Assembly: GCA_000091205.1 (NCBI GenBank) | Contig: AP006502.2 | DNA from: Cyanidioschyzon merolae | Lineage: Eukaryota | Reading direction: 5' to 3' (one strand) | Length of the DNA: 64,000 bases | In this document: positions 34,333-45,257 of the stretch, in pieces | How the letters are laid out: the number at the start of each line of letters is the position of its first letter | How positions within the stretch are numbered: position 1 is the first letter of the stretch | Made by a program: the position numbers and the translations under genes | The notes under the pieces: generated by a model | What the model saw: the letters and a program-made list of their open reading frames with translations, nothing else | Databases searched by the model: none | Told to the model about the DNA's origin: nothing

Positions 34333-34944
34333 TTAGCCAGCACGTTGAACGCTTCGGCGAATACGCGTTTCGTGCTTCCGCGTTACCGAAGAAGTTCTCG
34401 ACCGCAGCGCGGTCTCATGGTTTTCTACCAAAGATCGTCCGCATGTGCGATTTCGACGCTCGTTTTCGCTTTGAATCAAGAATGCAATGCATCCGTCTTC
34501 GCTCAGTACGGTGCTCCGAGCGTCTAGATGGGCAATGAGTGCGCCTATCCGCTTGGTAATATGCCTGCTGGCGTCGTGCATGCGTGACTCCCGACAAAAT
34601 CCTGGCATGGAAAAGAAGAGCAGCATCATTTGCTTCCCGTTCAGATCTTCGGGTCCGTCCTCATGATTTAGAAGTACGACAACGGCCAAGACATCTTTCA
34701 ACTCAGGAGTTTTACGCTCTATCAAATCTTTCTCTTCATCTACCTGGATCAGTTGAACATGAGTTTCGTTGGTTTTCTTATAACTAGGTTTCATAAAGTG
34801 CATGCAGATAGATATTCCATCGTTCTCCATGGGCCATGTACATTGCTGTCGAGTTCCTCCCTGTAGATGAAGATCCTTGATAGAGCTCGTCGAATACGCT
34901 TTGGAAAGCGGTTTGAGTGCTTCGTATTTGGCCGCAGAGGCCAT
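34333..34944 (-). CDS. Hypothetical ORF (203 aa) inside the lower-GC island. It may be spurious or a decayed element.
   Basis: ORF only, with no recognisable motif. Lies in the compositionally atypical 33.4-37.1 kb region. Confidence 0.15.
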   Translation of the reverse strand: MASAAKYEALKPLSKAYSTSSIKDLHLQGGTRQQCTWPMENDGISICMHFMKPSYKKTNETHVQLIQVDEEKDLIERKTPELKDVLAVVVLLNHEDGPEDLNGKQMMLLFFSMPGFCRESRMHDASRHITKRIGALIAHLDARSTVLSEDGCIAFLIQSENERRNRTCGRSLVENHETALRSRTSSVTRKHETRIRRSVQRAG

Positions 34945-37038
34945 CCATCGTTCACTGGCAAGTCCATATAGTCAAGTACACAAATCTCGCTGGCGGTATC
35001 ATGGGCACTGTTCTCACACATACCGACAACATCGAATGGAGAACCTTGGGGAGGCTAGGGCGCCCGCATACTGCACTTAGATAGTCTGCTTTGCTCTGGG
35101 CAGCTATCATCAGAAACACGCAGCATCGCAAGGTGCAAGCAAGGTAGGCAAACATCATGTTTGATCCATCGTTTGGATGCCACGTCCGCCGATCCGAGGC
35201 CGCGAACAGTGCCATAAGCTCGGATGATCCGAAGCGACTTTCGCTCTTGTCACAACATGCCGTCCAAAGTCGCCACATTCTAGTTCCACCGCCGCCACTA
35301 GCCCATCATTTGCATGAATAGACATCCCGAAGATGCATTCCACCAATCCCCATTTTTCTGGACACGCGGCGTGATGCTACAACGTCTTCAGAGTATCCCA
35401 TGTGAGGCGTTCGATATTCACCGGCATGTAGTGTCTGAGGTTGATTTGATACTTTTTGGAACCTGTGCTCCAGATGCTCCGATCGCCCACGTCGCCCAGC
35501 TACGATTCAGGGGTGCTCCGGAAACCACCAGGGCTTTTCTTTGGTCATCGAATCTGGCAGTATGGCATCTTATTTCTAGGGCATCTTTTGCGTCCTCGCA
35601 AGGAATTGATTGAAAAATTTGCGAATAATCTGGATAGCGGGCAACTCTGGGCCCGGAACTCCCACCTGCAGTTGCTTGAACAGAGGCTTCAAGGCGAGGA
35701 AGTCTAGTAGAGCGTTCCGCGGATAAGCAGCTTCGCGATCTGGAATCGTATCCTGCGATCTTCGGCGTCATGATGTCGAACGACCCGTCTACGAGCTCCT
35801 GAGCCTCATACGGCATTCGATATCGGAGAAGACGCCTGTGGCTGAATTGTGCTATGGAGAATAGACTGGAGCGGAGAGCAGCTCAACGTCGATCCGAGCA
35901 ACGTGTTCCTTGACTACGCTCGAGTGACGAAATGCGACCTTGTCTGAAAGCATCATTGAGGAATTTGGATAGAGGAAGCCCCGAAAACTGCTTCAATGAA
36001 CGATGCAGTTTTGACGAATCCAATATCTTTTGCGATTCTGGAGGAGGACTATATGATTGCATATTAGCTAAGGCTGATGTTTGTCGTACGGCTCGCTTGT
36101 CGCTTCTTAACGAACACCGATCTGTATCGGTTTGGGAATCCATTTCCAGGACAAGCATCTCCCTTGGATGAGGTCTCATCGAGTGAGACGAAGACTCGTT
36201 CCTCCTGTGCTCATTTTCGCGTTCCAATTCGAAATCGATAGCGTGTTGATCAAAGCGCGATCATCAGTTATAGAAGCGTGCTTCTTTCTTTGTTCATCCG
36301 TGTCTTGCTATTACCGATCGTATCAAAGGCCCGGAAACTTTACATTCTATGGGTTATTTCATGGCCTTTCTTCGAGAATAAATGGAATGGAATGAACTGA
36401 TCAGGAGATCGTAGTGTCAACAGAGATTCATACCTTCCGTTTTTAACTTACGACAGGCAGAACAGGGACCAGGAAAAGTACGGTTTAGCTACCTGCTGAA
36501 GGTAGAACAAATTAATTGTAAGTGTCCGGGCATCTCCCACAAGCTAGCAGTGACAGCATAACGTCTCGTCGCGACATGTCCCCAACTGCAATGTACATTT
36601 CTTCTGTTGAATACATTCCATCATAAACAAACCAAAAGAAAAGTGCCTGCTAGTACAGGCATTCCAGAATGCTGTTCCCCAAGTACAATCGTGTTTGACG
36701 GTACGGCTGATAGCCACCACGCTCGCTGGGCATTCCACGACGCCGCAACAGGCATGCTGGTTTCGCAACGACACCTGTTAGCATGTCGATAACCAAACTG
36801 ACATGGTGAGGATATTTCAATAAAACATCAAAGCGTCTTACTTTGAAGGGAATACTGCCGGTTGTCCGGGGCGCTTTTCGTCCGAAAGGCTGCAAACTGT
36901 CCAGGTGCCAACCATCAAGGACGCAACGATGATTTCTTCCTACCCAATGCGTATACGACCGCGAAAGACGTGCTTCGATCCTCGCTAACCACGCACTGGA
37001 CCATGCCGTTCTGCATGAATCGGAGAAACACCGATGAT

Positions 37039-37217
37039 CAAGAGAAGCTTGCCGCTAACCAGAATGGAGCCGGAGTAGCTCCTCGGGGAGCCACAAAAAG
37101 CACTGGGAACATGGGCACAATATAGTCCGGCTGGGTGACAAGATCACGTAATGTTCGGACACACACGGTATCGCGTGGCAACCGTGCCGCATCAAGTCCG
37201 ATATCGTCAAGAAGAAC
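37039..37217 (-). CDS. TTC4: TTC4/Cns1-like, putative exon 2 (C-terminal end of the CNS1 domain), separated from exon 1 by an intron of about 406 nt (37218-37623).
   Basis: A GTAAGT donor sits immediately after codon W. A phase-0 acceptor ...aaacag|GTT restores the frame VLLDDIGLDAARLPRDTVCVRTLRDLVTQPDYIVPMFPVLFVAPRG, which aligns with the human TTC4 C-terminus DEDRAELYRVPAKSTLLQVLQHQRYFVKALTPAFLVCVGSSP. Confidence 0.5.
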
Positions 37218-37623
37218 CTGTTTCCAAGTGCCTTGCTCCTCTGGAGGTAACAGGGAGCCACAAAACTCGTTATCCTGTACTCTTGTCAGGTCACGTAAGA
37301 GCGCTGGGTCGCCGACATCGACCAGCGTTCGGGTCCATTGCGTTGCATACCTGGCGTGCAGAAGTGCATCTCACTGGGCGGTTAGTTCTGTGTTCTGCAT
37401 ATCGCGGTGGTCACTCTACGAGCATCACAGTATACGTTTCGCTCTCAGACGGGTAAACGGCGTTTCGGGGTGCGAGGGCAACGCGCGTCGAAGCGCCCGT
37501 TGCAAAAGACTTGCGCAACGCATCACGGACCCGTTCTCTACTCACGGGTCAGATATGATCAAGTCCGTCATCCTCGAACGGGGTCCAGTTGGGCAGCATG
37601 CTCGCTGCCTGATGCGAAGAAAC

Positions 37624-38625
37624 TTACCAAAAAGCAACTCGATCGCAGCGATATCGTCCTTCTGGGTCGAAGGTTAACGCAGGCGGTCCCTCAACGGGTA
37701 ATAGATCAGAAAAGAGCGCTTGCAGCTCTGCGTCATCGTCAACGTTTTCGAAAAAATCGCTTTGTTGAACTAACGGGTACACCACCATGAACGGCCAGCT
37801 GAACTTGATGGACACAGTGCTTTCCGAATCAGGATTGGGCTCGTCCCGTGCCACGGGTACGGGTTTCGGTTGCCAGTTTGAGACTTTTTTCTGTTGCGCA
37901 AATAGCGGCATCCCGAGGCGAATTCGCTGGCGTTCTAGGGTATCGAGCAAGCGCTGACTCTGGTCGACTCGCTGCTGGAGCAGGGCGTCCTTCTCAGCGA
38001 GCAAGCGCTGGGCACGTACCATCTCCTCGGCGATTCGTTCTTCGAGACGCTGAAGCGCTCTGCGCTCGAGCACATGTTCCGGGGCTTTGGTGCGTTCCAA
38101 GCCCTGTTCGCAAAATGTTCGCGCTTCAGGCAGCTTGCCCAGAGCTAGAGCACACGCACTTGCCCGATAAAAGGCTTTCGGGTGTTCCAGACCGCACGAA
38201 CGGATACACTGCTGTGCATCATGCAGGCCTCGCGCATAGTTTCCAAGTCGTCGATGTACCTCCGCTCGGTTTAGGTAGAGTGCACCTCGAACGGTTGAGG
38301 AGACTCCTGGTAAAGCTAGTGCTTCCGTGTACGACGCCATCGCCTGATGGAACAACGCGTGAGCACGTTTTCGTAACGTCGCCACGCTTTGCTCACCGCC
38401 AGGGAGTGTTAAATCTGCACCGGGATCATTTCCGCGGTCGAGTAGACGGCAGCCAAGGCGGTATCTCTGGTTGCCACGTTGACGCAAAAGCTCGGCCTGC
38501 TCATCAGCGGTCTCGTCGCCTTGTATCAGACGTCGCAGGGCCGAGTCAGCCGGAAGCTCTTCAGCGTTCTCAGCAAAAAGGTCTGGAAGTAGATCGTTAT
38601 TCTCGGAAAACGAGTGCTCTTTCAT
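37624..38625 (-). CDS. TTC4: TTC4/Cns1-like TPR co-chaperone, exon 1 (TPR repeats plus the first part of the CNS1/wheel domain).
   Basis: TPR region (QRGNQRYRLG..., YLNRAEVHRRLGNYARGLHDAQQCI, KAFYRASACALALGKLPEA) and WPFMVVYPLVQQSDFF..DPEGRYRCDRVAFW align with human TTC4 WPVLFLYPEYAQSDFI..DLEQKYCPDNLEVYFE. The ORF ends in TGG|TAAGT. Confidence 0.8.
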   Translation of the reverse strand: MKEHSFSENNDLLPDLFAENAEELPADSALRRLIQGDETADEQAELLRQRGNQRYRLGCRLLDRGNDPGADLTLPGGEQSVATLRKRAHALFHQAMASYTEALALPGVSSTVRGALYLNRAEVHRRLGNYARGLHDAQQCIRSCGLEHPKAFYRASACALALGKLPEARTFCEQGLERTKAPEHVLERRALQRLEERIAEEMVRAQRLLAEKDALLQQRVDQSQRLLDTLERQRIRLGMPLFAQQKKVSNWQPKPVPVARDEPNPDSESTVSIKFSWPFMVVYPLVQQSDFFENVDDDAELQALFSDLLPVEGPPALTFDPEGRYRCDRVAFW

Positions 38626-40232
38626 GGACGTTCTCGGATGCCGAACGCTCCGAAGCCGGCCGCCGCCGTGCAGCTGTAGTTGCTGAACCTCACGGATACC
38701 GAGCGGTTACGCTGCACCGCCTTTTTTGACGCGTTCTGAAACCCTCTTTCGCTTTACAAACCGCTGAATTATCGCCAACCCACTTTATGGCACTTGTCAA
38801 TGCCGCAACTAAAGCCGCTCGGCACGAAGATCCGACTCCCTATCCCTACACAGTACGTATCAAGGGGTGCAGGGAATACCAGCGGATCGAAATTGTCGCT
38901 CAGCGGCTGGCGATGCATTGCTGCAGCGGCGCGAGCGCCCAGCTTCGTACGGGCGCGCTCATGTGATTCTCCCGAGTGCGCCTTCATTGAGGCCGGTGCA
39001 CGACGAGCAGTCCCTGCAACGAATGCGACGAGCATTTTCCAGTATCAGCAACGACTATGATACCAGGAGTACGTGTTCGACTCCCGATCAAGGTCTGACA
39101 CGGTGAAGCGACACCGACGCTGCGCGCTTTACAAACTACACTAGTGTTTATTCAGCTAGTCCACATTTGTACAAGATTCAAGCAATTTGTTGCGGAAGAA
39201 AGATTTTTGTGTGTGCCTCAAAAAAGATTGCACCTCATATCAATGAGACAAATGCTAAGGTATCACCCGGGAGCTGGGATAGTCGTTGAACCACTGCAAT
39301 CAGTGTCTGGTTTCATGACGTGTTCACCTGAAGCGGCGATCAGCGTTCGTTTCGCATGCGGTCTCGGATACCTGCACCAAGGCAATCGTGGCAAGCATTT
39401 GTTTATTCTGTTTTATAGCTGGGAAGGAGAGATTTGGGAACGATTTTCCCACAACGAGCAGCATCGCATGGGTTGCATCAGTGTGCTCCAAATGAACCAG
39501 AGGCTATGAGAATGCTTTGTTTCCGAGTGGATAGAGTCAACGGCGACCTTGTATGCTGCTGCTTACCTGTACCCCAAAGTAGCCGAATGCCAGCGCAAAA
39601 GCCTGCTGGACTGTCTGCGTGCGATGTTTCACATGCATGTAAGCGTATCCATAGAACCTGGCACACATACGCCTTGTGGAGGTACCCGCAAGGGCCCCGC
39701 CACACTGTCCTGTTACCATTCGGCGACCGCGAAGGCAGCGCACCCAGGATCGAAGCAAGCGCCTAGGGCAGGCTCAGGGCTCGCCAATAGGTCGTTGAAG
39801 CTTTGATGACTCTGTCGAAGAGGGAAAATCTGGAACGAGCTTACAGAAGGTGTTAGCCTCTGCGCACGAACGGATATCTCTTGCTCGCATATCAGCAGCA
39901 GCACCAGCAGCAGCACTTGAACATACTGTAGCGTCTGTTCGAATCATCGAAACGTGTCCGGGATGCAGGATCCCATCAACGATCCTGGATATCCCCGACT
40001 GCGCAATGGGCATCGGTATCTGGGAAATCATCTATCCTTCCCCAAAGTACCTTTAAGAGATCCTCCACTCCATCACCAACGCTACCTCATCGTGCTACCT
40101 TGCTTGCTTTTCGCATCAACGATGCAGCGCGCTGGGCACCGACACGCCGGCCGCCGGCGTTCAATAGAGCTCCCCTAGGCTCGATATACGACCGCGTTGT
40201 GTTACGATTATTTTTTGCGTAGGTGAGTTTCC

Positions 40233-42494
40233 ATGAAACAATTCGCATTCGTGGAGCACGCTGCTTTCGTTTACCCGGCGCTTCGACACACTCCGCGTCC
40301 AGAGAAGACTTGGAGTGCTTCACTCGCGTGCGGTGCGATCCCAGGGAACACTGGTCAGGTTCCAGGCTCTCGGTTGTTGCCGCGCTGGAGACACCGTGGC
40401 CTCGGTCTGACAACCGGCGTACACAAACGCACTGCCAAATACCGATCTCACAGGGGTACAAGCTCCCTGCACTCCGCTCAAGAGAATGCGAACTCGGCAA
40501 AGCCACTAGAGCCCGTGAGCGAGCACCGGCCGCTGCGCATCATTTTGGCTGGCCCGCCGGCTTCTGGAAAGGGTACCCAAGCTGCTCTTTTAGTTGAACG
40601 GTATGGTCTCGTACATATATCTACAGGGGATATGCTTCGGGCTGCCGTCGAAGCGGGCAGTGAGCTGGGCCTCGCTGCCAAAAAGTACATGGACGCGGGG
40701 GAGCTTGTCCCCGACGAGCTTGTCATAGGGCTCATGCAACAGCGCATGGCTGCGCCTGATGTGCAGACAAGTGGTTGGCTCCTGGACGGCTTTCCTCGAA
40801 CCGCTGCGCAGATTGTAGCTATGGATGCGGCGGGTATCGAACCTGACCTGGTGATCAGCTTGGATGTGCCCTTCGAGATCCTCAAGGAGAGGGTCTCCGG
40901 TCGCCGGCTGGATCCGGAAACTGGTCGGATTTATCACCTGCGTTTCGATCCACCGCCAGCGTCGGACAAAGCCCTTTTAGATCGTCTCATCCAGCGTTCA
41001 GATGATGATGTGCAAAAGCTTGCCGTGAGGTTTGAGAACTACCGGGAGAACGTGGATGCGCTAAGGCAACGATATGGCGCGATTATGGCGGAGATCGACG
41101 GGCGTCGCTCAAAAGAGCAAGTCTTCGAAAATATTACCCGTGCAGTTGGCATGCTACGAATGCGACGTAGCTGGCAGATGAAGCGCTCGAGGCCGCCAAG
41201 AATCATCCTCCTTGGACCACCGTTATCGGGAGTGGAAAAGTACGCCGCGAGGCTCTGTAAAGATCTCGGCTGTATCCGCATCTCTACGGAACAAGTCATT
41301 CGAGATGCAGCAGCAGCAGAGCAGACGAGAACGGGTCTCATGATCCGGCAGCATTTGGAGAATAACGAGTTGGTGCCGGATCATCTGGTCGCTCATGTGC
41401 TTGGGAAGCGCCTCGCCGCCGCAGATGTGGAGCAACACGGATGGCTGCTCGACGATGTGCCGCGACGTATCATGAAAGCCAGTTCGCTACTGGATGCAGG
41501 TATCGAACCTGATCTCGTTTTGTTGCTCTATTTACCACATGAAGATCTGGAAGAACGAATGGTTCAACGTCTCTGGGACCCGGAAACCGGTCGCTACTTC
41601 CATGAGAAATATGATCCGCCCTCAGCAGATGATGCAGCCCTCAGAGCGCGATTGATTCACCGCACCGATGAGGATGAGAATCTGGCGCGATGGTTACTCG
41701 GAACGTACTACGTCGTAGAGTCAGAGCTTGAGGCTCAATACGCCGGTAGAATTGTTCAGATCGATGGGCTTGCCCCCGACGAGGAAATTTACAAGCAAAT
41801 GACAGCGGCAATAGAAGCGCGAGGGATTCCTCTGCTGTCCGACTTGACACGCGCCACCTTCGAGGACCTGGAACTCGGGAGTGCATTCATGGTGCTCTAC
41901 CGTGATCCCAAGCCCGCCACAATCCATGAAGTCCGTTGGCGAGGCAAAGGCGCATGGCCAGACCTTTTTACACGGCCACTGCTTGCGATTGGTGATCTGA
42001 TTGCGCTCTTGGTTGCGAGTAGCGTGTTGCGTCTGCTTTATGGCGGCAGACTCATCTTGGATGCGATCGTTTGGAAAACAGCTGCACCGTTTATCATTGT
42101 GTGGATCGTTGGCGCCCCGTACATAGACGCTTTCACGCAGAATGCCCTTCGAGATCGCCGGGAAGCTTTGCTATCTCTATTTCGAGCCTGGCGAGTCTGC
42201 ATGCCCTTTGCGGTCTTTGTTCGAGCGCAGTCCATGGGCTTCGCGCCACCTCTACATTTCATCGTCGCGTTGCTTCTGCTCACCTACGTATTCTTGGCTC
42301 TGTGGCGTCTCTGTTATGTCATTTTTCTACAGGGCGAGTATGATTCAGAGGGTAATAGGACGCTGAGCCTTCGGGATTTGGGGCCATGGCGTCGACCAGT
42401 CGACAGGGGGGCGCCCTATCCCGGCAGCGTTCGTTCCCAGACGCCTCCGTTGACCGACTCTTCATTGTTTCGCGAAACTCTAGGACCAACGTGA
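40233..42494 (+). CDS. Tandem adenylate-kinase protein. AK domain 1 is canonical, AK domain 2 has a degenerate P-loop, and the C-terminal domain is hydrophobic (3-4 predicted TM helices). An N-terminal presequence is possible.
   Basis: Domain 1: ILAGPPASGKGTQAALLVERYGLVHISTGDMLRAAV...GWLLDGFPRTAAQ plus a LID region. Domain 2: IILLGPPLSGVEKYAARL...GWLLDDVPRRIMKA, with P-loop K and G lost. The C-terminus has LLAIGDLIALLVASSVL, FIIVWIVGAPYI and HFIVALLLLTYVFLALWRL. Confidence 0.8.
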   Translation: MKQFAFVEHAAFVYPALRHTPRPEKTWSASLACGAIPGNTGQVPGSRLLPRWRHRGLGLTTGVHKRTAKYRSHRGTSSLHSAQENANSAKPLEPVSEHRPLRIILAGPPASGKGTQAALLVERYGLVHISTGDMLRAAVEAGSELGLAAKKYMDAGELVPDELVIGLMQQRMAAPDVQTSGWLLDGFPRTAAQIVAMDAAGIEPDLVISLDVPFEILKERVSGRRLDPETGRIYHLRFDPPPASDKALLDRLIQRSDDDVQKLAVRFENYRENVDALRQRYGAIMAEIDGRRSKEQVFENITRAVGMLRMRRSWQMKRSRPPRIILLGPPLSGVEKYAARLCKDLGCIRISTEQVIRDAAAAEQTRTGLMIRQHLENNELVPDHLVAHVLGKRLAAADVEQHGWLLDDVPRRIMKASSLLDAGIEPDLVLLLYLPHEDLEERMVQRLWDPETGRYFHEKYDPPSADDAALRARLIHRTDEDENLARWLLGTYYVVESELEAQYAGRIVQIDGLAPDEEIYKQMTAAIEARGIPLLSDLTRATFEDLELGSAFMVLYRDPKPATIHEVRWRGKGAWPDLFTRPLLAIGDLIALLVASSVLRLLYGGRLILDAIVWKTAAPFIIVWIVGAPYIDAFTQNALRDRREALLSLFRAWRVCMPFAVFVRAQSMGFAPPLHFIVALLLLTYVFLALWRLCYVIFLQGEYDSEGNRTLSLRDLGPWRRPVDRGAPYPGSVRSQTPPLTDSSLFRETLGPT

Positions 42495-43931
42495 AGCTCG
42501 TGCGATCAAAGCAGCTCCGTCAGGGGGTTATCGAGGTGCTTGTGCGGGCGTGTTCCGTTGGTAAGCGCGGGACTATGCGGGTGCTTCAGCGGTGGCAGGT
42601 GGTTCACGCAGTGCTGTTCGCGTTCGCAAGCGCTCCACCCCGAGACCAGAGCGCCAGCAAAAGGCCTTGGGCGCCTCGAGCAACAAGCAGGCCAATGACC
42701 ACTAGCAGACTCGCATAAAGCGTGCAGTGAATGGGGTTGCAGTGTTCCGAGCGAGCCGCATTAAGTGTCAGCGTACTGAGAGCTTGAAGCGCGTTGCAGA
42801 TACGGTAGCGAGCAGCAACAACCAAGTACTCGACGTACTCCGAATAGAAGAGATTTCTGCCAGCTGCATCCGTCTAGCAGCGTTCGTATAACGACCTGTC
42901 AAGCAGCTGTTCTGCCGCCGACCTGCTCAGCAACGAGCAAAGCGTTTTGGATGACCTGTTCCGCAACGATATTTCAATGACACTGGGCTTTTTAGGAGTC
43001 GTTCGAGCCTTTATTTGTGGAAGCGGGTAAGCAGAATCGCGGCACCAAATTGCACGTTTACTTGAGCGCTCCTAGCCAGGCATGCTTTCTTCGAAATGAC
43101 GATAGACAACGAACGTTCCAATGATGCTTTGGTGCCGTCCAGAACAGGTCACTTTCGAAGCGTTTTCACACTCTTCGCTGGACTCGGCAGCAAATTTGCT
43201 GCTCTGTGATCCTGTTGCGTCCACGAGAGCGCCCGGCGGCGGAACTTTCACCCAGGCTCACAACCTGCGATTCAGGTTGGTAGTCACATTCTTTTCCGTT
43301 GACCTCCTGCTGCATCGTCGCAACAGCGGTGGATGTTCCTCTAAGCAAGCCAACCTGCCTGCGCAGATGCGAGCACGCGCTACGTCCAAGGTCCATAGAC
43401 ACCGTATCGTGCGAAATGCTCTCGTCTGAAACGAGCCGGGCGCTTTCGTTGCGCAGGCTCCCAACTGGAGTACGCTGCTGCAGCGTAGCGCTCATAAGCG
43501 CGCGATTCCCTCAGAGTGAACACGCTGCACATGCGCAAAACCTTCGACAAGCGCCGAATCCGACTACGGATCAACGACGATAGGTGGAAAACGCATCCAT
43601 AGTGAAGTCGTCTTTGGAAATGATCTGTTTTGGTATCGAGGTGAGCGTCGCGCTTCCTATCAAGTTCGCTACGATGAGAAACGGTTGCTGCCACGAGCGG
43701 GAGCATGCGCTCCTGGACGTTGCCCGGGATACTGCCAGCATGGTCGCAAGAGCACCGTTCTAGGTCTGCCTTCTTTGCACCTATCCAGAACTTGTCAGTT
43801 CATCAGAAATACTGCTTTGAGTGACGTGTGCAGTGCTGGACAATAGCACCAGGGCGCCCGATGCTCCCCAGAAGATGCACCCGGGCTGCCTCCATAGCAT
43901 CTATCCAGAACGTGCCAAGTCGTCAGGGACA

Positions 43932-45257
43932 CTACTGTGAGCCTCGCATCCACTGCTGGACGAGGGCACCAAGGCGCCGGATGCTCGCCAGCGGATGCTC
44001 GGGACCGAACCTTGCTCGTGCTGTACTGCCTTTGCTCTCGAGCGCCTGGTGAACAGCTCTTCGCCAACATCCGGAACGCAACTCCTCGATGGTGAGCTCT
44101 ACACATAGTCCCTGGAGGTCGCGACGGAGCGCCTCTTCTTCCAAGAAGAGCGGTCGCCGAACATACACCAGCGGTGTACCAGCTGCGAGACATTCCGCAC
44201 TGATCCCGTATCCGAGTTTACCGAGTACCACGTCCGCTGCCTGGATCAAGTCCGGTACATATGTCGCTGCGCTAGGATGTACGAAGCGTACCCTGGGCGA
44301 TGATGATACCGCGTCGTATTCGGTGAGCAGCATCATTCGCCAAGGCGAGCCCGGTTCCCGAATGAGGTCCACTTGTTCCAGAAACGAGTGCAACGGACAG
44401 CCTTGCTCCCCGAATAGCGTCTTACAGTCGAAACTACCAAAACAGACCAACAAAACACGGGCGGATAGCGAAATGCCCAGACGACGACGCGTTTCAGCTC
44501 TTGTCGACTTCCACGGACGCGATACAGGCCCAGCTGAGAAGCATCGACCGCCAAATGACCGCAACGGAGGCACCAGCCCTGGCGACAGCTGAACCCAAAC
44601 GGGTGCCTCAGACTCATCCATGGCCATGCGCTCGACCAGTGCCCGGTTCTGAGGCGTGTTCAGGCTCGGGATTTCTGATAGAAATTGGTCATAAATAGCA
44701 CTGAACAAGAAGTTCGTGACAAAGACGAATCGATCGGAGAGCGCAGCAGCTTTCGCGGCAGCCGCTGCAAGCGCAACGGCATCGGCAAGAATGAGCTGCG
44801 GCTGCAACCTCCGCAGCATAGCAGACTCGACTCGGATGAGTGTCTGGCGACGTTCATTGATCTCTCGATAAGCCGTCAGTGTAGCCGCTGCGTCGATCGT
44901 GAGTGCATCGCTTTGGATGCAACCAACGTCAAGCTTGACCGCGCGAACGCGCAGCTGCTCTTCAGGACGTAAGCTTTGCGGGAACTCGACGGCGTGCGTT
45001 CGGTAGGCCCCGAGGAGCAGCAGCAGCTGTGCATGAACCGCATCTGGAGACACAGGCGTGCAGAGGAGTACGCAGAACTGGTGCGTGAGCAACTCACAAG
45101 CCAAAGCCAAGGATCGAGTCAAGTGCCCCCAACCGTGACCAGAAACATAGTAGGCTACCAAGCCTCGGGCTTTGTGTAGAGCACCCCAGTCCAAGAAGTC
45201 CTGCTCGCCGTTTTCCGGGGATACCACGGAGCTTTCACGATACCCGTCCGATATCAT
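43932..45257 (-). CDS. Stand-alone L-arabinokinase-type N-terminal glycosyltransferase-like domain protein. No GHMP kinase domain is visible downstream.
   Basis: LVAYYVSGHGWGHLTRS resembles ARA1 FAYYVTGHGFGHATR. LDVGCIQSDALTID resembles LDCGAVQADALTVD. LVYVRRPLFLEEEALRRDLQGLCVEL...SGCW resembles FVFVRRDYFNEEPFLRNMLEFYQCGVEM..MGQW. Confidence 0.65.
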   Translation of the reverse strand: MISDGYRESSVVSPENGEQDFLDWGALHKARGLVAYYVSGHGWGHLTRSLALACELLTHQFCVLLCTPVSPDAVHAQLLLLLGAYRTHAVEFPQSLRPEEQLRVRAVKLDVGCIQSDALTIDAAATLTAYREINERRQTLIRVESAMLRRLQPQLILADAVALAAAAAKAAALSDRFVFVTNFLFSAIYDQFLSEIPSLNTPQNRALVERMAMDESEAPVWVQLSPGLVPPLRSFGGRCFSAGPVSRPWKSTRAETRRRLGISLSARVLLVCFGSFDCKTLFGEQGCPLHSFLEQVDLIREPGSPWRMMLLTEYDAVSSSPRVRFVHPSAATYVPDLIQAADVVLGKLGYGISAECLAAGTPLVYVRRPLFLEEEALRRDLQGLCVELTIEELRSGCWRRAVHQALESKGSTARARFGPEHPLASIRRLGALVQQWMRGSQ

